This document shows positions 1 to 13,102 of a DNA stretch of 64,000 nucleotides, in pieces. Within the stretch, counting starts at the first letter, position 1, and every line of letters starts with the position of its first letter. Location of the stretch: assembly GCF_006345805.1 (NCBI RefSeq), contig NC_043009.1, positions 56,358,001 to 56,422,000 of the forward strand. The letters run 5' to 3'. Source of the stretch: Octopus sinensis (lineage: Eukaryota). The notes under the pieces are model-generated. The model was given only the letters and a program-made list of their open reading frames with translations. It searched no databases and was not told the origin of the DNA. Position numbers and translations under genes: made by a program.

Positions 1-397
1 AACGTAACGGCAGACGAAAAACATAAAAAAATTCAGGGTTAGCTTAAGCTTCAAAAATTAAATTAAAACCTTTAATATTTACACTGAATCAGAATATCAA
101 TCTGCAACATCATCATCTGCATCATCATTATCACTAAACGATTTTTCTTCCATGCTTCTATGGGTCAGATGGAAAATGTTAAGGCAGATTTTCTATAGCT
201 GGATGCCCTTCCTGTCACCAACTCTCATTTGTTTCCAGTAAGATATTTCCTCATGAACAGACATGTTTTTCTTGGAAGACGGGAAATGAACAACACCACT
301 TGTATGAAGGTTATGTTCATTAACAACTATGTCAAGACAGGAGTACTCACATATGCACACACGCATAAACACATGCACACACATATATACCTGTATA

Positions 398-428
<31 letters not shown>

Positions 429-431
429 ATA

Positions 432-1721
432 CAGGGTGCGGTGAATAAATTGTCATCTAAATGATACAGAAATGAAAATAACACTGACATCTCATTTTAA
501 CATATGTTACCAAAATTACATAAAAATATCTTGAAATACTAAAGAGTAAATTTATTCAATAAAATCACCATTGACTTTCAGCCATGGCCTCCAGATGACT
601 TCAGAATCTCCTGCAGCTCTTTGCCTTGTTTAAGTTGGTGAATGCTGCCAATAATCCTTGCCTTCAGTTCATATTTAGTGTTACAAGGAATTTTTCTGGT
701 CTCTTGTTCAGCTGCACTCCACACATAATAATTAAGGGGGTTGCAGTCTGGTGAGTTAGGTGACCATATGTTAGGGGTGATGTGGTTGCAGAAATTGTCT
801 GACAACTATGACTAGGTTCCCCTGCTTGTGTGGCATGGTGCAGAGTCCTATTGCCAAACATAGGGTCTTCTAGTAGCCACCCTCTTGACCCAGGGCAGCA
901 CTACCTCCTCCAGGCACTTGATGTAGGCCTCCATGTTGAGTCTGAGGCTATGTGGGAAGATGAATGGAGGCATAATGTTGCCAACATTAGTGATCACTCC
1001 AATTAAACACCATGATGTTGACTAGCTGTTTGATTTTTATCACTCTCAGTACATGTTTTGGGGATACAGCAAGCCAATAGTTGTTCTGTATGTTCACCAT
1101 CTGATCCTGGCAGAATGTTTTTTCATCTGAGAAAAACCAAAGCACGTTTGGTTGGAGGGGATGCTTGAGTTTGTTCAAAAGCTTTAAAGTGTGGTCTTTC
1201 CTCTTGTCCTTAATGGCTTGGGATAAAAATTGGTCCTTTCTCATCTTGTATGAGGAATACCAAATGTCTTCATGCACTACTTGTCTAATAAGAAACTCAG
1301 GCACTCCCATGACCCTGGTGATGGATCTGATTGACTTGGATGGATTGTTGTCAATCATAGCCTGGATCTCACCAACAAATTCAGGATTTCTTTTCTTATC
1401 AGAATGAGTTTTTCCAGCTGCTGTACCTTTGTAATCACCATTAGACTCATCCAACTCTTTCTGAATCCTCTGTACTGTCCAAAGAATGACACTCAAACAC
1501 TCTGAAATGTCCATAGTGGAGCTTCCGGTGCAAATGCCAAGCATTACAACATGTCGTTTCTAAATTTCTGGCAGAGTGAATTGTGTCATGGTGCTGTTTT
1601 TCTCACAGACAGTGCCCATCTGACCCTACTATACTGTGTAGTCAACAAAATCAAAAACAAACAATGCACATGCACGAAATTGAAAAATATGAAATGGCAA
1701 CAATTTACAGATTGCACCCTG
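432..1721 (-). mobile_element. Tc1/mariner superfamily, maT-type (DD37D) transposon, full length but decayed
   Basis: TA flanks at 430-431 and 1722-1723. Imperfect TIRs CAGGGTGC...AAATTGT. Transposase motifs FSDEK, WQ*DSAPCH and SPDCNPL(N)Y with 37-residue spacing. In-frame stops, and the third catalytic D reads as N. Confidence 0.9.
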
Positions 1722-1725
1722 TATG

Positions 1726-1762
<37 letters not shown>

Positions 1763-1763
1763 T

Positions 1764-1953
1764 AGGAGGTGCTGAAATGTGCCTGGTTTTAAGGGCATCA
1801 CAAAAGACTTGGTTGGAGGCTCAATCTTCTGAGTTCTTTTACAGAGCTTAGAAAAACCAAAGGACCACTGCAATAAGTGTGTGAACCTGAGAAGGGAATA
1901 TGGTGAATAAAATCATAATTAACTGATCTTCCTGTATTTTCTTTTACCTAAGC
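1764..1953 (+). mobile_element. Short internally deleted mariner-like remnant
   Basis: GGAGGTGCTGAAA terminal-like sequence and a C-terminal-like reading (NKCVNLRREYGE*) resembling a mariner KCV...GEYVE end. Confidence 0.45.
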
Positions 1954-1990
1954 TTTTTTACTCAAGTCTCACATACTGAGACACACACAC

Positions 1991-2157
1991 ACTACAGGCT
2001 TCTTTCAGTTTCCATCTACCAAATCCATTCACAAAACTTTGGCCAGCTGAAGACTATAATAGAAGACAGTTAATTGTCCTGCCCAAGGTGCTGCACAATG
2101 AGACTGAACCCAAGATAACATTGTTGGGATACAAGCTTCTTAACCACACAGCCACAC
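1991..2157 (-). mobile_element. SINE family B, 5' half
   Basis: Matches the head half of 16484-16890. Confidence 0.7.
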
Positions 2158-2709
2158 TGAATAATTTGAATGAATGTCCATCATCTTCATCAAAAAATCC
2201 TCAGATACATTTGTAAAATAAAAACATTGCACAAAATAATATTAGAGTTGCAAGACAAGCTACTAGTTACTGAATTATACACCGTGGTCATATATTTGAA
2301 ACAGTTCGTGACATCAGTGAAAACCCAGTTACTAATTGCCTGTTTCTTCTGAATTTTCATTGAATAAAAATTCCCTACAAAAAAAAATGTAACAATTTTT
2401 TCAAATTATCAATATATTGTACATATTTTTACACATTAAGGCACAATATTTATGTACAGAAAAGGTTAGTATCTCATTAGAAATAGTTTCTGATTCAGCT
2501 ATAAGGCCAGCAATTTTGAGAAGAGAAAGTTAATTGATACCATTGATTTCCAGCATTAGATCAGTATTTTATCAACCCTGAAATGACAAAAAGTAAAGTT
2601 GACCTCAGCATGTAAAGAGCCAGTAAAAATATCATACAGCATTTTTTTTCTGACGTAATGATTCTCTGCAGCTCACCACCTCAAGCATCTTTGTAATACA
2701 ATATATTAC

Positions 2710-2931
2710 CCCTTTCGTTATCATATTTATTTTGAGATGCTCTGTGTTTCATTCAATTAATTTTAAATATAACAAAGAATTTAGTAATAGAACTTAGTTA
2801 TCATTAAGCTAGTGTTGGGAACATAAATTGTGACTAAGGTTTGGTGTAAGATTTTAATTCAATACTTACGAAAACAAGACATTTGTACTACAGAGCCAGA
2901 GGTGGTCTTGGCCAGGTTGGTATCAAAAGGG
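2710..2931. mobile_element. piggyBac-type MITE (~220 bp)
   Basis: Termini CCCTTT(C)GTTA...GGTATCAAAAGGG; right flank TTAA at 2932-2935, left flank TTAC. Confidence 0.7.
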
Positions 2932-3082
2932 TTAATGAATAGAAACTATTTAAATCACAGAGAAAATTTGAGTGACAACTTAACAAATCCATAAGTTATT
3001 CTTTGTACATCATTAAACTCATGTTTTTAATTAAGGTTTGTAAGTTTCTAATATAATTTTGTTATAATAATTATAGTAGTGA

Positions 3083-3299
3083 GTAAGGTGGCAAGCTGAC
3101 AGACTCATTAGCATGCTAGATAAAATGCTTAGTGGCATTTTGTCTATTTTTACAGTCTGAGTTCAAATCCTGCCAAGGTCGACTTTGCCTTTCATCCTTT
3201 CTGGGTTGATAAAATAAGTACCACTTGAGTACTGGAGTCAATGTAATTGACTTAGCCCCCTCCCCCAAAATTTCTGGCCTTGTACCAAAATTTGAAACC
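3083..3299 (+). mobile_element. SINE family A (core GACTTTGCCTTTCATCCTTTCGGGGTCGATAAA...GTACCA; resembles the Nin/Deu-type conserved domain)
   Basis: Same ~215-bp sequence recurs many times in the window, in both orientations. Confidence 0.8.
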
Positions 3300-3434
3300 A
3301 ATAATTATAATAAGAAGTTAATTAAGCTGCTAGATAAAACTTCAAATCCCAGTTAACTTGAGCTTTGCAGTAAATTTCACTTTAATCTCATGATTGACTC
3401 AACTCCATAGTTATTCTTAAATTAGCTTTAAATA

Positions 3435-3862
3435 GTGGTTTTAAATTTTGGTGCAAGGTAAGTAATTTTTAGGGGACAAGTTGACCACATTGACCCCAAT
3501 ACTCAACTGGTGCTTATTTTATGGACTTTGAAAGTATGAATACAAAGTTGACATTGGTGGAATTTGAACTCAGAATATAAAGAGTCAGAAGAATGCTGTT
3601 AAAGCATTTTGTCTGACATTCTAATGATTCTGCCAGATCACCACCTGAAACAAGCCTTAAGTATTGGTTTCAAATTTTAATCCAAGACAAGCAGCTTTGA
3701 AGGAAGGAGTAAGTAGATTACATCAATCCCAACACTCAACTAGTACTTATTTTATTGACCCCAAAAGGATGAAAGGCAAAGTTGACCACAGCAACATTTG
3801 AAATTATAACATAAATACAGCATTTTGCCCAGTATGATAACACTTCTGCTTGCTCGCCACCT
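3435..3862 (-). mobile_element. Two tandem decayed SINE family A copies
   Basis: Reverse-complement matches to the family A core and head (~3435-3646 and ~3660-3862). Confidence 0.7.
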
Positions 3863-4070
3863 TAAACAAGCTTTAAATATTAATATTTAAGAATAATTAT
3901 ATCAACATTCCAAACCTGGAATCATTATGTTCTGTTTAAATGCCTAAAAGTTAATATGACAATACCAAAGCATTATTTAATCATAATGAGCGTGAAATGC
4001 AAGTATCATAAAGGAAGTGTTCTAGCTTAATACATGAGAACAGAATAAAATGTTAATATTGTGTGAGTAA

Positions 4071-4282
4071 CCCTTTTGTTACCATATTTCTGTTGAAATA
4101 TGCTGCTTTAGTTTCAATTAATTTTGAAAATAATTAAGAATTTAATTAGATAACTTTGTCATTATTAAGCTGCTGTTTGTAAAATAAATTAACATGAAAT
4201 TGTGGTGAAAGTTCCTAATTTAAAAAAAGAAGTTTACATCATAGATCCTAGAATAATCTCAGATAGGCTGGTATCCAAAGGG
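4071..4282. mobile_element. piggyBac-type MITE, same family
   Basis: CCCTTTTGTTACCA...TGGTATCCAAAGGG; flanks GTAA and TTAA; interior alignable to 2710-2931. Confidence 0.7.
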
Positions 4283-4393
4283 TTAATGTGAGTAATGTCA
4301 CCACAAAAGGTGCTGGTAAATTATAACAAAAATCAGGATTTTAAGCATTTCAAAAACACAAAATTAATTACAAGTATGATCATTCTCTTGGCT

Positions 4394-4607
4394 ATAAGGC
4401 AGCAAGCTGGTAGAAACGTTAGCACACCAGACAAAATGCTTAGCGGTATTTCATCTATCTTTACATTCTGAGTTCAAATTCCACCGAGGTCAACTTTGCC
4501 TTTCATCCTTTTGGGGTTGATAAATTAAGTACCATTTGCATATTGGGGTTGATCTAATCGACTGACTCCCTCCCCAAAACTTTCAGGCCTTGTGCCTAGA
4601 ATAGAAA
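4394..4607 (+). mobile_element. SINE family A, near-complete copy
   Basis: AAGGCAGCAAGCTGG head through GGCCTTGTGCCTAGAATAGAAA tail. Confidence 0.85.
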
Positions 4608-6026
4608 AAAAAAAAGATAAAGGTTTCTCTCTTTATGTGAAATATAAATTGTGTGAAATATGCTCAAGCATGTTATTTCATGATAGTAAGATTTGTCTTT
4701 AGCATGGAAGATTTGCAGAGAACAAGGTAACTGGAGAGTTTATGGGTAATAAAGGCATCAAATGATAGATACAATAGAGTCATGAAATTTCAGTTCATGT
4801 AATAAATGCTAAAAGATCATGTTTAACAAAGTTTGCGTAAAAGGGACCAATGAATATATGTGTAGAATAATAACTTTTTTTTTTGGTAGGGAGAGCTTAT
4901 GGTTGATTACTTAGTCAAATCTTGTATATTACTGGTTATTTTTATCATCATATTCCTCTCCACATGAACAAAAGGCAATGTAGTCTTGCCAGGATGAAAC
5001 ACAGAAATGGATATTATAACCTACTTTTTATTGATTTGATATTCAAACTTGCAATGGAGAATAAGCAAAGCAATCAAATTGTACAAGAAAAGTTCGACAT
5101 TAGTCTTTGAATATTCAAAATTAATGTTATGTTGTTGAAATATTTACAATGGACATTTGGATATTTAATTAATAATGCATGTGACAGGATAGGGTAATAG
5201 GGATTTTTAGCCCTTGTAGATAACATCTCAAGTGGCTTTGGCAAGATAAAAATGTCATCAGTTCAAGTTATAAAATGGTTGGTGTAAAGAAGAGCATCAT
5301 GGCATCATCAATAATATAAATACAGCAATTTGTTTTTGTACATACCTGACGTGTGTGTCACACTTAAGAGAAAGAAATTTTAACTAGATCTCTTGTAATT
5401 TCTGCCAGAGGTTTGAAACCACCACCTATATGTTGTATTACTACTTCTCAACACCCATGCCAACTGGTACATCAAAGCAGCAACAATCTTAATGGGAAAA
5501 TTAGTATACTTAAATTTGATGCATGTGTCAAACAAGGGAGAGAGGAAGTGAAAAACAAAGAGAGGGAGTGGCTGAATTCCTTTGAATTCCTTTCTACAAT
5601 TGAACTGAAATTGACCCATGGCTATTAGAGGCCCAACCACACACACACACCAGATAACATGTTAAGTCTTATGTTCCAAAATAAAAATTTTGAATTTGTT
5701 TTAATTATAAAATTACACCTGAGCTAAAGAACATCTTTTGGCTTTCGGATACAACTTTTTCTTCCTCTTTCTATATTTTTGTTAAGTTACAATTTTTCTG
5801 TTTTGGTCAGGAGTTTCCCAATTTCTTTTTTCTTGTATCAAATAATGGCTGAAAGAATTTTTTAAAAATTAAATTCATAGAGCCAAACAAAATCAAAAAT
5901 ATTAATTCTATTTTTTCCCTTTCCTTAATGCTAACAAGAGCATAGTATGAGAGAGAAATTTGGGTGTTATTTCTAGCAAATTGAACAACCACACAGAGCT
6001 GTTCAATTGGCTCATTTTTTTATGTA

Positions 6027-6071
6027 AAACTTAGACACACACACACACATACATACACACATATATATCTA

Positions 6072-6106
<35 letters not shown>

Positions 6107-6111
6107 TATAT

Positions 6112-6150
<39 letters not shown>
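6027..6150. repeat. Compound microsatellite (CA)n-(TCTA)n-(TA)n; representative of many
   Basis: Direct inspection. Similar tracts at ~9484-9612, 12323-12376, 13040-13100, 17227-17282, 31636-31710, 39279-39350, 42350-42510, 51885-51920 and 52605-52650. Confidence 0.95.
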
Positions 6151-6153
<3 letters not shown>

Positions 6154-6461
6154 TGTGTCTGTGTTTGTACCCCCAACACCATTGCTTGACAACCGATGTT
6201 GGTGTGTTTGTGTCCTTGTAACTTAGCTGTTCAGCAGAAGAGAGTGATAGAATAAGCACCAGGCTTACAAGGAATAAGTCCAAGGGTAAATTTTTTCGAC
6301 TAATACCACTAAACCAAAAGGGTTCTCTGAATATGTACGATGTATTTTGAGGTTAAGTAGTAATTCTGTTTGCGTTTGTGTAACTGAGATATTTTGGTTG
6401 GATTATATAGTTATCAGTTTTACCTTTCTTTCTATATTCTGTAACTGTCGCAATATATTTT

Positions 6462-6662
6462 TCTACTATAGGCACAAGTCCTGAAATTTTTGTGGGGAGA
6501 GGCCCAGTCAATTAGATCGACATCAGTATGCAACTGGTACTTAATTTATCAACCCCAAAAGGATGAAAGGCAAAGTCGACCTCAGCAGAATTTGAACTCA
6601 GAACATAAAGACCACTAAGCATTTCGCCCAGCGTGCTAACGATTCTGCCAGCTCACTGCCTT
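6462..6662 (-). mobile_element. SINE family A
   Basis: Reverse complement of the 4394-4607 copy. Confidence 0.85.
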
Positions 6663-7684
6663 TAACTGTCACAATATAGAAACATTTCTCATGGCACCAG
6701 CAAACAATTTACAGATGCTTACATTTTCTATAATTTCCATGAATTTTTCAGGGGTCCAGCTAGTAAAAGAACTAATATAGCAAAAATACTTGGTTGGTGG
6801 TTTTATCTGCTGTTTTGTGCATCAGAGATACTGTGCTGTGAGAGACCTATTAACATCATTGTCTTACACCCAAGTGAAATATAATAATGATGATGTGGAA
6901 GATGTTCCTAGAGATTAAAGAATAATGATATGGCTGAGTGATTAAAAGGTTTCCATTGCAACTATGTGTTTCTGGGTTCAATCTTATGCCCCTCCACTTT
7001 GGGTGTGTGTAATCTACTATGATCTTAGATTAACAAATACCTTGTGAATAGAATTTAGGGAACAGAGACTGTCAAGAAACCTATGACATATATATGTATG
7101 TATGTATGTATGTATGGCTAGATAGATAGAGAGAGAGAGAGAGAGATGTATACGTTTGTGTGTGTGTGCTTGCACTTTAGGAAATGATGCTCATTGGCTC
7201 AGAGAGAAAACAAAACTAAACCACAGGTTTCCAAAACTAGCAGAGAGAAGCATAAAAATGGTGCTTTACCATCTTTTTGCAGGAAGAGGATAATTGCAAT
7301 ATAATAATTTTTTAATAAAAATCTGTCCTGAACCTATGAAAATTTGGAAAATCAGTTTTAGAAAATACAGATAACCATTCTATATTTTAGACACTGTAGT
7401 TATTGTTCTTAAGAATATTCTTAATTCCCTCATCATCATCATCATCATCGTCATCATTGTTAACTGTGTTTTATGTCTACTTTTCATGCTAGCATGGTTT
7501 GACAGGTTGACAGAATCCATCAGATTGTAGAATTACATCTTTTTCTAGTGTCTTATTATAAATATATTAATGATAATATTTCTATGTTTTCCAGGTAAAT
7601 ATTTTTACCAGTTTACATGTGGATTTGCTTACTTCATATTCATAATTCAACATTCTTTGAAGAGTGCAGTTCAATTTTAACAGT

Positions 7685-8743
7685 TATTTTTACAAAGGCA
7701 TATTTTGCTTTATATGTTCAATAAATGCAACAATGCAACAGAAAGTGTGAGGAATGTTAATGCAGTATATGGGGATTCAACAATAAACGTAAGCCAGTGT
7801 CAGTGGTGGTTCTAGGAATTCCAAGCCATAAACTACAGCCTAGAAGAAGATCCTCATCCTATAAGATCTGTAGAGCTCGACAAGGACATCCTGCAAATCT
7901 AAGTGGAACAAAATCCCATTGTAACTGTTGAGGAACTAGCAGAGAAGCTTGGATTTGGTCATTCAACCATTCATCAACACCTGTGTGTCATCAGAAAAGT
8001 CAGCAAATTGGGTCAATGGGTTCCTGACAAACTTTCTAAGTCTAATCGTGCACAGAGAGTGAATGTGTGCTCTTCTTTGCTGTCATGTCTCACGAATGAA
8101 CCTTTTTTTGGACCAAATAGTGACTGGGGATGAGAAATGTCAAACACCAAAGACAGTGGGTAGGGAAAGGAGAAACACCGGCACTCCAAGTTAAAGAAGG
8201 TCTTCGCCTACATAAGATGTTGATATCTGTTTGGAGGGATATGAGAGGTTTAATCCACTTTGAACTTTTAAACCCAAATCAAGCAATAACAAAGGAGATC
8301 TACTGTTAGCAAGTCAGCACTAGAATAAAAACAACTGTTTTTAGTTTCAAGACAAAAGGTGTTCTTTCATCAGAATAATACTTGGCCACATTGAGCAAGG
8401 ATGACATTCCAAAGGCGGGAGCTGTTTGAATGGGAAACAATACCCCACCCACCATATTCGCTGGACATTGCCCCATCTGTTTATCATTTATTCCACAGTC
8501 TTCAAAATCATTTGGACAAAAATTATGAATTCTGTAGACAAAGTCAGAACAGTACTGGAGGAGTATTTTTCATCATGGACAAGTGAATTTTGGAAGAGGG
8601 AACTTGCAAGTCTACCAGGTAGATGGAAGAGCATTGTAGAAAATGAAGAGGAATATATTTTAGATTAAAAAGAACTTTGTTTATCTTAATTTTGAAAAAT
8701 AAAAGAAGTATGAAAAAACCACATTATTTATGGGATGCCCAAC
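7685..8743 (+). mobile_element. mariner (DD34D-type) transposase pseudogene with a right TIR
   Basis: RHILLY...AVYGD HTH region, GQWVP (WVPHEL-like), D-GDE-like, HPPYSLDIAPSVYHLF (YSPDLAPSD-like). Frameshifts and stops. Right end CATTATTTATGGGATGCCCAA followed by (TA)n; left TIR not found. Confidence 0.88.
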
Positions 8744-9185
8744 ATATATATATATATATATATATAATGACTGGCTTCTTATAGTTTCCATCAACCAAGT
8801 CCATACACAAAGCTTTGATCAATCTAGGATTATAGTAAGAAGTCATCCAAAGTGCCATGTATCAGGACTGAACCTGAAACCATTTAGTAGGGAAGCAAGC
8901 TTCTTACCACACAACCATACATACTCCTACTGTCTCCCACTCTCTTTCTCTTTTTCCCTTGCTCTTCCCTTTAGCTGGGTAACCATATATCCCCTCTACA
9001 GTAGCACACCTGTTTGTGCCCTCATTCCCTCTCTCTCTCTCTTTCTCTCACTCTCTCTCCGGGTAACCATGTACCTCCTCCACAGCAAGACACCTTCTCT
9101 GTCTCTCTGTCACACTCTAACCCTTCATCATCTGACACAAGATCACTTCCTCCAATGCCCCCCTCCCCTCTCAAAAATTCTTTGT

Positions 9186-9482
9186 CTTGCAAGTTACTTG
9201 GTGACCCTGCCGGTGCTGGTGTTGCATAAAAAGCATCCAGTCCACACTGTGAAGTGGTTGGCATTTGGAAGGACATCCAGCTGTAAAAATCATGCCAAAA
9301 CTGACCTCACTTGTGCTGGTGCCACGTAACAAGCACTCAGTCCACTCTGCAGGGTAGTTGGTACTAAAAAGAGCATTCAGCCATAAAAACCATGCCAAAA
9401 CAGACACAGAAGCCTGGTGTAGTCTTCTATCTGATTCCTGTCAAATCGTCCAACCCATGCCAGCATGGAAGGTGGATATTAA

Positions 9483-9517
<35 letters not shown>
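9186..9517 (+). mobile_element. Retroposon family C (ends ...TCCAACCCATGCCAGCATGGAA...AAATGATGATGAT) with an internal tandem duplication and a CT-rich upstream region
   Basis: Recurrent 3' end with (GAT)n tail. Other copies at ~106-330(-), 14268-14400(-), 17255-17500(-), 35975-36096(+), 41198-41419(+), 42165-42345(-), 45597-45810(-), 47975-48168(+) and 49366-49584(+). Confidence 0.8.
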
Positions 9518-9569
<52 letters not shown>

Positions 9570-10209
9570 GTGTGTGTGGTGTGTGTATATATATATATAG
9601 AGAGAGAGAGAGAGAATTACTTAGTTAAATTTAACATTATTTGTATATGAAGTTGTTATGACCACCAGGAAAGTTAGTTTTAGAGATGGTCACTGAATAT
9701 TTTATGTAACCAATGAACATCTCACAAAACCAGCTCCACTGGGGCAAAACTCACATTATTGATCATAATTGATTGTAGTATTACTACTGCATTAATCAAA
9801 GCACTCAATAACAACAGTCCTGGTATTTTTTTCTACTTAGCACTCCATTGTGAAATACCTGAAAAGTGGGTGAATTTATTCAAATTTGAAAAATGAAAAA
9901 CAAAAGTTGTAGAGGAAGAACAAAGCTACTAAAACCACAAAACACTGCAATAAGAATACTTTTTGTGTTAATTCAAATGACATTGGAGAGAACTAAAATA
10001 AATGGGGAAAAAATTGTCTGACAACCCAATAGGAATTGATATATAAATGATTTAATATCAAACAGTAAAATTAAATAATTGAATCTACCAAAAAAATAAA
10101 TAAATAAAAGGATACATATTAGAAAATAATATTTTTGATAAGAAAATGCTATACACAGAGGTCTGTATAATATAATAAACCTAAGCAGAACATTCCATAA
10201 TTATTTCAA

Positions 10210-10415
10210 GCTTAGGCACAAGGCAGCAATTTAGAGGAAGGTTGCTCAGTTGGTACCATTAACCCTTGTATTTGACAGGTACTTTATTTTATCAACCCTA
10301 GAGGAATAAAAGGTAAAACTGACTCCAGCAAGATTTGAACTCAGAACATAAAGAACCAGAAAAAAATACCACAAAGTATTTTGTCTGATGCTCTAATGGT
10401 TCTGCCAGCTCTTCA
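10210..10415 (-). mobile_element. SINE family A
   Basis: Reverse-complement core and tail match. Confidence 0.7.
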
Positions 10416-12328
10416 TCATAAGACATTCCATAATACTTTACAAAATGCTTTAGTACAGATTTTTTTTTCCTTTTAGTTAACTTATATTAATTTCAATAAT
10501 TAAATTAAAACAGTTATATCAAAAATAAAAGTTTCAGTTTATGCAAAGATATCAGCTTCAGTATTTAATTCTCACATTTTTCAAACGTCTCTATTCTGTT
10601 GCTTTAGTTCTATGTCTAATTCTACTATAGTTTCAAGAACTCTGTTGACTAGGTTACAATTGTGCAACAAAAATCTTGACATCTCAAAAATTAAAAATGA
10701 ATTTAAAGTGAATTTTACAGCTTTGTGTGTTATAAATGGCTAGAATGACTTTTTCATGATGTAACTGCTTCAGTTACAGCAGATCAAGTCACTCACTAGA
10801 CAAGTTCAGTTTTACATTCTTTAATAATAATTAATTATTTTGAAATGTATAAATAATCATTAGGGAACAGTTTCATATTGTAGATGTTCATATAGTAATA
10901 ATGTACAACATATACTAAAAACAGCACATAGGTTAATCATGTACAACCTATAGTTATAAAAGAAGATACTTCTCGCATTCAAATATGAACTACACTTGAA
11001 TATCTAGAGACAAATCAGAGAAGGTGAAAAAGTAAATTACCTCATATTAAAGAAGCCAATTAATACATAGTACATGGAATTTTGTATTTAAAATGAAACA
11101 TGCAAAAATATTAGTTTCTTAAAAAAGGCAATTGAATAAATGAAAATCTTTACCCAAAGTGAATTCAACAAATACCTTTTAGTGCAACTAAATAAATAAT
11201 TCCATCTGCTTTTAACTGTAATCATCAAAGTTTTGCATTCTCCTTGATGTGGGCTTTAAAAAAAATATGGACTGATTGAGAGGAAAGTTTTTGTTCCCAC
11301 GTTTAGATGCAAAAACAAAAAAAGAAAGAAAAAGGAAAAGGGAAAATATTTGAAATGTGATGACAGATTTTTGACATCGTTTTGCACACATTACTTCCTG
11401 TTACTTATTTTTATTGTTTTATTAACAATCAAGGCAATGCAGATGGTGCATCTGTTGAGAGATGGGGCAGATATTTTTATGATATGCAAAGTTCAGCCAC
11501 CTTATAGTTCTGTGTTCAAATCATACCAATAGTGAAATTTTATCTGCCAAACATATGGAGTTTATTGAAATAAGTATCAGTTATATATTGTAATTTGGTA
11601 AATCAATTGGTTATCAAATTGGGTTGTATTGAAAGAAACCCTCATTTCAGCAGCTGTGGTCCTGCAATCAAATTTCAATGAACAAAGTTCAGTTTCCAGT
11701 TGGTTCTATGTCACTCTGGTTGTAACATTATAAAACATAGAAAAAGTATGAACATATTTGTGGGAATTTGGAGATAAAGATTTCTTTTTCCTTTTCTTTT
11801 TTTTTTTTGCCTTGCAATTTTAAAAACTACAGAAGGAAAATTGCTGATATAGTTTATAAATGCAAGACATGGAAAAAGTGAAAAAAAAGGCATTTTTACC
11901 TGAGACATTACTTATTCCTATTTTTCGGAGTTTTCCTTTGCAACCCCATGGTTTTGAATTTGGTCTCTTGAGCAAGAGCCTTCAACCTTAGTCTTAAGTC
12001 AACCAATATTTTGTGAATGAAGTTTGGTCAGTGAACACTGTACAAAATCCCATCATATGTGTGAATGTGCAGGTATAGTTTGTGTAAGCAATTGTGAATC
12101 TTTGGTTATAAATATTCAAGAGCAATGCCAATTCTTTCAATTGGTAATCATTTTTCAGTTTCTTTAAGTGTTTTAACTACAAGAAATAAACCAATTGTAG
12201 GTTTTTTCCCTAAAAGACAAAGGCCATGTTTATTGTAGTTTAAACTTCTTTCAGTAACTCCTGATCACAAACGGATTACTATGCAGTTGAAATTATTCCT
12301 CTAAACTCTATTAGTTTATAAATATATA

Positions 12329-12379
<51 letters not shown>

Positions 12380-13066
12380 GACAACAATTCTATCTCTATC
12401 CTTTCATCTGAATCCTCTTATTTCTATGTCAGATACAGATGAAAGGATTGCTGTGTATTAATTAGAGCATGATGCTAGTTCTGTTATGAATGTTGATTTT
12501 TTGTTGGATTTATCTTATTTGCTGCTTATTTTTCCTTCTAATTACAGAGGACTCATTGAGTGTGATGTGCAATGGCTCTAAAACTAAACAATTTGTCAAA
12601 TGACCATACAGTCAATAGACAAATTGTTTAAAACTTGATTAAAACACCCAACTCTATTTAATTCAGTTTTCATGACTAACTGTAACTGACCAGAATCAGG
12701 ATCTTCTGTTTCATCACAGTTGAGTAAAGAAAGATATAAAAATCTGTCTTCAGCCTAGAAGCTCCTGAGGTGAGACTTTATCAAGGTTTCCAAGGTGTTT
12801 AAGTAGCTGAGAATACAAGACTTCACTTGAATGGAACATCTATTCTCCAAAGAGATTATCTCCAGCTGTTGTGGGTAATCATTTTCAGCTGCATGGAATA
12901 GAGCAATGTGAAATGAAGTGCTTTTCTCATGACACAGTACATCACCAGGTATGAGAATTGAACCCATGAATCTACAATTGCAAGCTCAACCCCCTAGCCA
13001 CCAGGCTATGTACCATCACAAAGAATGATATAGGATACACATGCACACACGCACACACACACACAC

Positions 13067-13102
<36 letters not shown>

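Noticed and set aside
5380-5646. Overlapping 88-aa and 71-aa ORFs on opposite strands
   Set aside because: No recognisable domain or splice-consistent exon structure.
8730-9329. 199-aa ORF and overlapping ORFs on both strands
   Set aside because: Made of (TA)n, a SINE B fragment, a CT-rich tract and a family C repeat; low-complexity translation with no protein motif.
12732-12775. Plus-strand exon-like segment with a GAG|GTGAGA donor
   Set aside because: Stops in all three frames and no associated gene.
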